Shown: positions 1 through 7,067 of the stretch, piece after piece | How the letters are laid out: the number at the start of each line of letters is the position of its first letter | Numbering within the stretch: the stretch's first letter is position 1 | From: Pseudobdellovibrionaceae bacterium | GTDB lineage: Bacteria; Bdellovibrionota; Bdellovibrionia; Bdellovibrionales; UBA1609 | Length of the DNA: 20,000 bases | Reading direction: 5' to 3' | NCBI GenBank assembly: GCA_030591685.1 | Contig: JAUVAX010000010.1 | Span: 47,299 to 67,298, forward strand | Translations under genes and position numbers: made by a program | The notes under the pieces: generated by a model | The model's input: only the letters and a program-made list of their open reading frames with translations | Databases searched by the model: none | What the model was told of the DNA's origin: nothing

Positions 1-6
1 TTTCAT
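1..6 (-). CDS. Probable 5' end (Met-Lys) of a gene running off the left edge
   Basis: Minus strand reads AAAAAGGAG-tccctcaagt-ATGAAA, a Shine-Dalgarno 10 nt before an ATG at 6. Only two codons are visible. Confidence 0.35.
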
Positions 7-60
7 ACTTGAGGGACTCCTTTTTAAATGAACTTATCTGTGAAACAAGACTCTGTATAC

Positions 61-94
61 AAAAAAAAGAGGGCCAATGAGCCCTCTTTTTTTT
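61..94. terminator. Intrinsic (Rho-independent) terminator, potentially bidirectional
   Basis: A8-GAGGGC-caatga-GCCCTC-T8 perfect inverted repeat, about 20 nt downstream of the carbonic anhydrase stop on the minus strand. Confidence 0.9.
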
Positions 95-115
95 AAAAAT
101 AAAATATATAATAAA

Positions 116-937
116 TTAATAGTTAGTGCTGGTCCTGCCATGGAGTCGTTGAACGGGGCGATTGTTGGTTTTATAAAAAGACTTTAGCTTTTTTATTTGC
201 TGGGCTGAGGCGGTGATAGGGGTATTTAAAATGCTCCATAGTACGCCCTCTGTGCAAGGAGGTGTTGTTAATGAGCCCTTGTATGAGTAATGGGTCATAA
301 TAGGGGGCAACAGTTGGCCAGGGTTTAATTTCAATTTTGTGGAGTTAATCTTGTTTTTTTGAGAGGGGATACTTTTTAAAATAGTATCTAAATGGGGATT
401 TGAGTTTCCTTGAGAGATCATCACGGCAATCACAGCAATGGCCCCTGAGGAGTTTTTATGAACAAAGTGAATCTCAGCAGGGTAGTGCTTGCCGCTGATT
501 GTGTGCTCACTGGGTGAGTGAAAGTGGAGCTGTTGTAAGGAGTATATGGAGCTAGAGATGCTAGCTAACTGCTGAGAGGCAAAGTGAACTTTAACTGAAT
601 GCCCCGTGTCTGAGGTGGTTAAGGGCTCATCCATGTATTTAAATTGAAGTGTTCGTTTTTCATTAGGTTTTCTCCATATTAAATTAATTGGAGATTGAGA
701 CTTGCCATTTTTACAGGCCGCGTATTCGGGGCTTAGGTTACCCCAGAGTTCAGGGCCAAAGAGACCTTCGTAGCTCCAATGGGTGGTTAGTTTATTTGGG
801 CTTTTGGGACTCAACATTTTCTTAGGGGCTTTTTGTTGTGCTTTTGTCCCTGGCAGAGTGGCTGACTTCTTTTTGTTTTTAGAGGAACAAGAGACAATAA
901 GAGTTAATAACGATATGACAATTAGTAGATGTTTCAT
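116..937 (-). CDS. cah: Alpha-class carbonic anhydrase, predicted lipoprotein
   Basis: Motifs HWSYEG..GPELW, QSPINL, QLHFH and EIHFVH (Zn histidines), YKGSLTTPPCTEGV and NNRPVQ. Start moved from 1051 to ATG 937 (AGAAGG upstream), giving MKHLLIVISLLTLIVS-C with a lipobox-like Cys. Confidence 0.93.
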   Translation of the reverse strand: MKHLLIVISLLTLIVSCSSKNKKKSATLPGTKAQQKAPKKMLSPKSPNKLTTHWSYEGLFGPELWGNLSPEYAACKNGKSQSPINLIWRKPNEKRTLQFKYMDEPLTTSDTGHSVKVHFASQQLASISSSIYSLQQLHFHSPSEHTISGKHYPAEIHFVHKNSSGAIAVIAVMISQGNSNPHLDTILKSIPSQKNKINSTKLKLNPGQLLPPIMTHYSYKGSLTTPPCTEGVLWSILNTPITASAQQIKKLKSFYKTNNRPVQRLHGRTSTNY

Positions 938-1110
938 TGATGACCTTCTTTTATTAGAATTTTTTAGTTCAGTGTTTATTTTAATGAAGTTTTCAAAAAG
1001 CACAAAAAGAAGTTCACATTTTAACGTGACGCGTAATATTGAGTAAAACATATATCATGTCTTATGGAGAGGTTTTAGTATGGAGTCCTTTTATAAAAGG
1101 AGACTTTAGT

Positions 1111-1869
1111 TTGCTATTAAAGCCAATATACCTACTTTGGGGACTTTTTTTAGGCGCTATTTTTATTATATACACAATGATCATTTCATTTGTGCTTGTA
1201 GTGATGGCGCTATTTATGAACGACAAAACATTTTTTCATAAATTCATCAGTGTTGTGTGGGGCCGTTCTTTATTGTTTATGTGCTCTGTTCGTCATGAAG
1301 CAAGAGGTTTAGAGCATTTAAAAGGCAATCAGGGGGGCTTACTATTATTTAATCATGCTAGTAATTTTGATATTGTCGCCTTAGTCGCCAGCTTTCCGCA
1401 GTTAAATTTTGGAGCCAAGGCTGAATTGTTTAGGGTGCCCTTTTTGAGTCGAGGGATGAAGCTTCTGGGGGCACTCCCCATTTATAGAAAAAAAAGATTT
1501 AAGGTTCTACAAATATATAAAGAGGCCGAGTCTCGTATGAAAGACGGTGAGTACTTTGCTTTAGCTCCTGAAGGCATGAGGGTTGATAACGACTCAATAC
1601 AGCCCTTTCGATCAGGCCCCTTTTTATTTGCTGTGGGGGCTGGAGGAGACATCTATCCCACAGTTATAGCAGGTGCTCGTCAAGTAATGAAAAAAAACAG
1701 CCCATTTGTTAACCCAGGTCGCTTGGGCGGACGAATCATTGTAGAGATACTGCCTCCTCATTCAACAAAGGGGCTTTCTCAAGAGGATATCAAAACTCTA
1801 AAAAAACAAATATTTGAAAAAATGAACGATAAACATATTCTTTTAAGAAAAGAAATGGGCATTAATTAG
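1111..1869 (+). CDS. plsC: 1-acyl-sn-glycerol-3-phosphate (lysophospholipid) acyltransferase
   Basis: NHASNFD (HX4D), AKAELF..P and APEGMR motifs plus an N-terminal hydrophobic helix. Likely start is TTG 1111 with AAGGAG at 1097-1102. The ORF is open from 1039. Confidence 0.85.
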   Translation: MLLKPIYLLWGLFLGAIFIIYTMIISFVLVVMALFMNDKTFFHKFISVVWGRSLLFMCSVRHEARGLEHLKGNQGGLLLFNHASNFDIVALVASFPQLNFGAKAELFRVPFLSRGMKLLGALPIYRKKRFKVLQIYKEAESRMKDGEYFALAPEGMRVDNDSIQPFRSGPFLFAVGAGGDIYPTVIAGARQVMKKNSPFVNPGRLGGRIIVEILPPHSTKGLSQEDIKTLKKQIFEKMNDKHILLRKEMGIN

Positions 1870-2410
1870 AAGTGGTATTTTCATCACTGTCATCCCAAAA
1901 ATGATAGGTGAGCCCAACGCCGATATAAAGTGATTTACCAGGCCCTATGTTAAGTTTAATATCTGAGCGTATAAATAAAGGGCCAGAGATTTGACTGGTA
2001 AAGCCAAACCCTCCATGGATCCCTGATTTAGCTGTATAGTCAAAAGTAAAAACTTGAGTGGGGGCTCTTTTGTATCTGTGATAATCCATCCCTAGGGTCA
2101 TAAACCCATTCACGACATCATAAGCCTCAAAATCTATACGCATCCCTATAGAGGCATTCATATAATCTACATCACCACCTCGCCCACTAATGTACATAAA
2201 TTCAAAGTGAGTGAGTTTAGTCGGAAAGCTCGCATGGATGCCCGTAAATGTGAGCATTTCCTTAACCCCGCTAGAAACCCCTTTAGGTAAAAATTTACCC
2301 ATAGTAAGCCCAACTTCCCACGCCTTTTGCGGGTAAAACAAAACATCCTCAACACAGTGCGCCCTTGGTGCAGCGAGGAGTATAAATAAAAGTGTGAAAA
2401 TCCGAATCAT
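1862..2410 (-). CDS. Small outer-membrane beta-barrel protein (about 8 strands)
   Basis: Signal peptide MIRIFTLLFILLAAPRAHC, Gly/aromatic-rich alternating strands, and a last strand YIGVGLTYHF followed by a short acidic tail. ATGA overlap with the upstream gene. Confidence 0.6.
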   Translation of the reverse strand: MIRIFTLLFILLAAPRAHCVEDVLFYPQKAWEVGLTMGKFLPKGVSSGVKEMLTFTGIHASFPTKLTHFEFMYISGRGGDVDYMNASIGMRIDFEAYDVVNGFMTLGMDYHRYKRAPTQVFTFDYTAKSGIHGGFGFTSQISGPLFIRSDIKLNIGPGKSLYIGVGLTYHFWDDSDENTTSN

Positions 2411-3189
2411 AGCTTTCCAAACGTATCTTGAGTTTTACTCTTAATATCAATGCTTTTGTTATCAAGCTCATCTAAAATAACTAAACAGGTGTCATGGACA
2501 AGCAAAAGTGCTGGATTTGAGTTAAATCTAGATAGAGACTTTAAAAAGGTGAGTGTTGTTTTTGCCCAAAATTCAACACTTTTAAAGGCTTCGGTATTAT
2601 TGTTGTTAATAGTGCTTTTCCATTGAGCCGTTAAGTTTTTAACAGTTTCCATGAATTCACTTTGGGCCTTAAAAGCCAGTCTCAAAATTTTTGAAAATAT
2701 TAATAGTGGTAAAAGTATTCCAAAAGTAAAACTAAATATAAGGCTGAATATAAGTAACCCCTTGAGACTATTTAATGACTCTTGATTTTTACTAATTTTA
2801 TTTGAATTATTAACAATCCATTTTGACAGATCCTTTTTTAGTAAAGTTAAATTAGCACTTGATTGGAAATTTATAAGGCCTTCTCTCAGAATTTGCTCAG
2901 ACCAATTAAAGCTCTGGGGTTTTAACTTTGACCTTTCAAGTTTTACGAGCTTATTCCAAAGGCCCATTTTTTTGATAGACTCTTTGTTTTCAACTTTAGT
3001 AATGTCACTAATAAGGCTGTAAATCGTCCCCGTAACCTTTTGTAGTTCATTTGTACTACTTAAGGTGTCGTTGTTAGCTTTGTGGTAAAACACTATAAAT
3101 CCAACTCCTGAGATCATAAAAAAAATATTAAAAAAGAGCACGAAAATAAAACACCATTTTAACAATTTTAATTTTGTAAATACGTTCAT
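2407..3189 (-). CDS. Hypothetical inner-membrane protein (TM - ~110-aa extracytoplasmic helical domain - TM - cytoplasmic tail)
   Basis: 260-aa ORF with hydrophobic segments at about residues 12-35 and 144-165. Starts 14 nt after the AI-2E gene stop. Confidence 0.7.
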   Translation of the reverse strand: MNVFTKLKLLKWCFIFVLFFNIFFMISGVGFIVFYHKANNDTLSSTNELQKVTGTIYSLISDITKVENKESIKKMGLWNKLVKLERSKLKPQSFNWSEQILREGLINFQSSANLTLLKKDLSKWIVNNSNKISKNQESLNSLKGLLIFSLIFSFTFGILLPLLIFSKILRLAFKAQSEFMETVKNLTAQWKSTINNNNTEAFKSVEFWAKTTLTFLKSLSRFNSNPALLLVHDTCLVILDELDNKSIDIKSKTQDTFGKL

Positions 3190-3203
3190 AATAACAGCCT
3201 CAG

Positions 3204-4466
3204 TTAAATAATTTTATATGATTTAAGTTCTCTAAATAATGTTCCAAAAATAACTTTAAATATTACAATAGTGGGTATGGCTAAAAGCATACCCGCTACG
3301 CCTAAAATGAGAGACCCGCCCATTACACCAAGGACAATAACAAGTGGATGTAAGTTGACAACACTACCGAGCACAAAGGGTTGGTATATAGAGTTATCTA
3401 AGAACTGAACAAAAAGAACAATGACAAGAACTGCAAAAACTAAATTTTGATCTGTTATAAAAGGGAGTACAGAGTCGATGTTTTCAATAATAAGAGCATA
3501 ACTCATTCCGAAAACTAAACCGATAACTGGACCTAAAAAAGGAATGGCATTTGAAACTCCGGCAAATAAACCAATTAATATGGCCACTTTAAAGTTTAAG
3601 CCAATAATAAAAAGTCCCAATGTCAAACTTAGGCCCACAAGGGCACATTGTAATAGAGTTCCACGTAAATAATTGCCAAGGGCGATGTCAACCTCATCAA
3701 TAACGGTTAAAGAAAGTTCAAAATATTTATTGGGTATTTTTTGTATTAGGTATTTAGGAGTTTTGCCTTTATCAAATAATAAAAAAATAAATACAAATGG
3801 CAGCACAAGCCAGGTGGAGAGGGTGTTAACTATTTTACCGAGTAAAGAGGTGTTGTGATCAATAGAAGTGACGACGCTGCTGGCCACCGTATCCGCTGAG
3901 TCCTCAATGAGCGAGGATTTGCTGGATAACTTTTGATTGTGTAAGAAGTAGCTAAAGTACTTTCTCTTTATCTCAGCAGGGGTTGTGTTATTATAGTTAG
4001 ATATAAAGAGGCTTTGCTGTTGCTTGTTGAGTTCGAGCCATTTATTTACTGTATCAATAAAAGGGGTGATTTCATTTTTAAGTAAGGAGTGAATAAAATT
4101 ACCATGAGCCTTGTCATTATCAAGACCCATAAGGGAGTTGTATTTTTCGTTAAATTTATATTGTACGCGCACCATAAGTTCAATTTTTTGATTTTCATCT
4201 GGGATTTGAGATTTTATAAAAATATAAGCATTAAAAAGGCCATAGCAAAATAAGGAAAGTAGGAGCACAACGCTTAGTCCTTCGGGTATTTTAAAAAATT
4301 TAAATGAATTAATAAGTGGCTTAAAAAGATAAGCAAGAAGAACTCCAATAATTGTAGGTAGTAGGAGAGGGCTTAATTTCCAAAATAGAAATAAAAATAT
4401 AAAAGCAGATAGAATGCCAGTTAGAGCGTAAAGTATTTTTCTTCTACGGGCTCTAGAGGTTTCCAT
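3204..4466 (-). CDS. AI-2E (PerM/TqsA/UPF0118) family transporter
   Basis: Motifs LLAYLFKPLI, LGNYLRG, NAIPFLGP, QFLDNSIYQP..G..VNLHP and GMLLAIP, with multiple TM helices. Confidence 0.9.
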   Translation of the reverse strand: METSRARRRKILYALTGILSAFIFLFLFWKLSPLLLPTIIGVLLAYLFKPLINSFKFFKIPEGLSVVLLLSLFCYGLFNAYIFIKSQIPDENQKIELMVRVQYKFNEKYNSLMGLDNDKAHGNFIHSLLKNEITPFIDTVNKWLELNKQQQSLFISNYNNTTPAEIKRKYFSYFLHNQKLSSKSSLIEDSADTVASSVVTSIDHNTSLLGKIVNTLSTWLVLPFVFIFLLFDKGKTPKYLIQKIPNKYFELSLTVIDEVDIALGNYLRGTLLQCALVGLSLTLGLFIIGLNFKVAILIGLFAGVSNAIPFLGPVIGLVFGMSYALIIENIDSVLPFITDQNLVFAVLVIVLFVQFLDNSIYQPFVLGSVVNLHPLVIVLGVMGGSLILGVAGMLLAIPTIVIFKVIFGTLFRELKSYKII

Positions 4467-4978
4467 TAAACCAACTTATTTGTGGCTTTTAGGCGTTCAG
4501 CAATAAGTATTGAAAGCGATTGGTATATTTTCGAGGAAATCTCAGGCTCTGATGAAATCAATTTATCAAGTCCCTTCCTAAACAAGGCAAGAACTTTTGT
4601 AGGTTTTGTTGCTCTAGCGGAGGCTGATCGAGGGGAGTTGTCCAGCAAGGCCAGTTCTCCAAAAAAGGTACCATCTTCAAGGAGTGCAAGTTGAACTTTT
4701 TTTTCTTGCTCATTTATGATTTCAATTGAAACCTCACCTTCTTGAATTATAAAAATTGCGGCGCCTGGTTGGCCTTGCTCAAAAATACATTCATTAGGCT
4801 CATACCTGCGGGTGTGTAGTACTTTTGTGAGTAATTTTAACTGATAGGGAACTAAACTTTCAAATAGCGGTATTTTTTGTAATACCTCTAGCGTTGATTT
4901 TTGCTCGCTACTAATTCTTCGATGAAATATATTCTTCCATAGGAGACTATGGGCTGTAGTTTCGTTTTGTTGACTCAT
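4466..4978 (-). CDS. Stand-alone cyclic-nucleotide-binding domain protein (no HTH)
   Basis: IFEQGQPG..IFII.EGEV and an intact phosphate-binding cassette FGELALLDNSPRSASARA. The protein ends right after the C-helix. Start ATG 4978 (AAAGGA upstream). The stop overlaps the next start (TAATG). Confidence 0.88.
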   Translation of the reverse strand: MSQQNETTAHSLLWKNIFHRRISSEQKSTLEVLQKIPLFESLVPYQLKLLTKVLHTRRYEPNECIFEQGQPGAAIFIIQEGEVSIEIINEQEKKVQLALLEDGTFFGELALLDNSPRSASARATKPTKVLALFRKGLDKLISSEPEISSKIYQSLSILIAERLKATNKLV

Positions 4979-5007
4979 GGTTGCAAATCCTTTTTGTGCC
5001 TTATGTT

Positions 5008-5015
5008 TTATCGGT
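5008..5015 (-). promoter_or_regulatory. Possible sigma-28 (FliA) -10 element
   Basis: ACCGATAA on the minus strand (7/8 match to GCCGATAA), about 30 nt upstream of the cNMP gene start. No convincing -35 at canonical spacing. Confidence 0.3.
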
Positions 5016-5392
5016 ATTTTAAGCTTAAGAATCAACGGATTTACGTCTAGCTCAAGTCAGATGTAATGCTGAAATCTTAAGTCAGGAGCCTAGTGTTTAG
5101 TTATTAAGCCTATAGTCGTGTCATTTGCAGCCCCGTGGTTTAAGTATGAACTTATACATTACGTTTACAGGGCTTTTGATAAATAACAGTTAATCTGAGT
5201 TTAAAAAACCATGATTAACTCTAAATAATGATTACCGTGATTTAACCAGGTTTATGGAGTTCTAATGAGATGGCTTGAACTCTTTACGATCGTTACCTGA
5301 ATCGAACTGTAGATCTTCTTGTAAGTTCCCTAAAGTAACACTGAGGCCCTTTGTTAGTTCAAATTAACAGGGATAAAATTTTTTACAAAATA

Positions 5393-5497
5393 AAAGTGAG
5401 ATGCGCCCAATAAATGCTAATGGCATGTCCGGGCCCTCTACCTTACGGTGTTCTATATTGATAATACTGTCAGCATCTCACTTTAGCTCAGTTTTTT
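5393..5497 (+). ncRNA. Candidate structured RNA (three-way junction), family not recognised
   Basis: Perfect 12-bp inverted repeat AAAGTGAGATGC (5393-5404) / GCATCTCACTTT (5473-5484) enclosing two hairpins. G-U pairs favour the + strand. A T6 tract follows at 5492-5497. Confidence 0.35.
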
Positions 5498-5644
5498 GAA
5501 ATTTGATCGCCTCTGGAGTGTTTTAGTACACTTACGAGTCATACTGATTCATAGGAGTTAATATATTCTAAATAATTGAGTAAAATAGCTAATCTTTAGT
5601 CGTTAAAAGACCGTTTAATATTGTATGTGTAAGGGAGTAAAATA

Positions 5645-6982
5645 ATGAAGCTGCGTGGTAAGAAGCTGCTTATACTTTGTGATAAAAAAGATAGCTTTGA
5701 AAGCCTTGAGGCTTACTTAGCTCATAAGGGTGTTTACATTAAATTAATAACATCTGTTGAGGGTTATTTTAAAGCTTTACAGGAGTTTGAGCCTCATTAT
5801 TGTTTGGTCAGTATTGATAATAAGGACCCCTACGTTTCTGACTTAATTGAAAACTTAAGAAAGGCAGAATTTATTGTTATCCCAACGGCTGAGACACATA
5901 ATCTTGAGGCCAGCAAAAGAATTGATGAGTATGAAATTGAATACTCCTTGTTTCCGCCTATTAACGGGCAAAAATTAGAAAATATATTAATGTTTTTAGA
6001 GAAAAAACAAGAGTCTGAGTCTGAAACTCTGCGATCTTTAAAGTATGAGAAAAAAGAAAAGCTACAGGCAAAAGACAGTCTTGATTATACAAAAGAAGAG
6101 AGCAAAAGTTTAAAAGAGATTCAGGAGCTATTTTATGAGACCAAAAACAACTCTGAAAAAGTAAGCGAACCCGATGACGTTGCATTAATTAAGAAGGCCA
6201 TTGAGTACGAAATGAAGGATGGCAATGCGCCGACCGAGGAGAGCTCAGAGGAGCCTCTAGAGGAGCCGCCAGAGTTCACTCACAGCGGAATTATAGAGGT
6301 TGAACCTAAGGTGGTTAAGGAGATTGATCGCCTTTTTAATGACTCTATGAGTTCAATTAAGGGGTGCAAAAAAGTTGAACCACCTGAGTCCTTAAGGTCG
6401 ACAAGGGACTTCACTGTCTACGCTATAACAACTGAAAAAATGAGTGGGTACATCCTGACCACAGTGGATGCAGCTGTTGGAGATACAAAGGAACAAACTA
6501 AAATTGAAGGTAAATTTGTAGAGTCACTTACTCGCTCTGTTGACGGACCTTTTGAGCTACAAAGGCTCACTTTGAGCTTTGAAGAATTTGACTTTAAAGA
6601 CTGGATAGAGACCTATGATGGTGTTCTTAAGAGTTTTCAGCTTCAGGATATGGTTGTCTCATGGGCCTTTTTACAAAAGACTGAAAATGATTTAATTATG
6701 AGCTCTACAGAGCGTGAGGACATGGTGGGAGTTAACCTCTCTGAAATCACCCCTGAGGTGAAGGCCAAGAATGATCTGTATTTGCATCTTCCAAGTAATA
6801 ATAAATTTTTACTGTACACAAAAGAGGGTAACAATATTGCTTCTAATCAATTTTTGCGATTAAATAAATTTCAGATAAAAGAAATGCACATTAAAAAGGA
6901 TGATATTGATAAATTTAAAGACTACAAGGTTGAAAAAGAAATCACCTCAATGGTAAAAGGTCATAAAAAAGACGCCGCCTAA
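5645..6982 (+). CDS. Multidomain signalling-type protein: degenerate N-terminal receiver-like domain, acidic linker, C-terminal domain similar to the HD-GYP N-terminal domain
   Basis: SD AAGGGAG. The N-terminus follows the REC pattern (LLILCD..., EPHYCLVSID, IVIPTA, YSLFPPIN...L). Residues 361-427 align with residues 7-71 of 16553..17503. Confidence 0.65.
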   Translation: MKLRGKKLLILCDKKDSFESLEAYLAHKGVYIKLITSVEGYFKALQEFEPHYCLVSIDNKDPYVSDLIENLRKAEFIVIPTAETHNLEASKRIDEYEIEYSLFPPINGQKLENILMFLEKKQESESETLRSLKYEKKEKLQAKDSLDYTKEESKSLKEIQELFYETKNNSEKVSEPDDVALIKKAIEYEMKDGNAPTEESSEEPLEEPPEFTHSGIIEVEPKVVKEIDRLFNDSMSSIKGCKKVEPPESLRSTRDFTVYAITTEKMSGYILTTVDAAVGDTKEQTKIEGKFVESLTRSVDGPFELQRLTLSFEEFDFKDWIETYDGVLKSFQLQDMVVSWAFLQKTENDLIMSSTEREDMVGVNLSEITPEVKAKNDLYLHLPSNNKFLLYTKEGNNIASNQFLRLNKFQIKEMHIKKDDIDKFKDYKVEKEITSMVKGHKKDAA

Positions 6983-7067
6983 GTAAATTCTATTGTAAAT
7001 TCGGCATTTAAACCCCATCATAGTATCGAGTATCAAATAAGGTAATATTAAATAAGGCATTAGTGAT

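Noticed and set aside
1014..1029. Dyad TCACA-N6-CGTGA as a CRP site
   Set aside because: The half-sites are inverted relative to CRP's TGTGA-N6-TCACA. Too short to call as another regulator's site.
938..1110. N-terminal extensions of the carbonic anhydrase (from 1051) and plsC (from 1039) in the ORF track
   Set aside because: They would overlap head-to-head. Better SD-supported starts exist at 937 and 1111.
5090..5134. Minus-strand GGGGCTG-CAAATGACACGAC resembling a tmRNA 5' end or an AND... tag start
   Set aside because: The frame reads ANDTTIGLITKH*, with no terminal AA. No T-arm or CCA end is seen, and a full-length tmRNA would run into the cNMP CDS.
5393..5484. Purine or fluoride riboswitch (CTCTAC, GCTAATGGC) or retron a1/a2 repeats
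   Set aside because: The other consensus nucleotides and spacings are missing, and no reverse transcriptase is in the window.
5401..5499. 32-codon ORF MRPINANGMSG...
   Set aside because: No clear SD or recognisable motif, and it lies within the predicted RNA structure.
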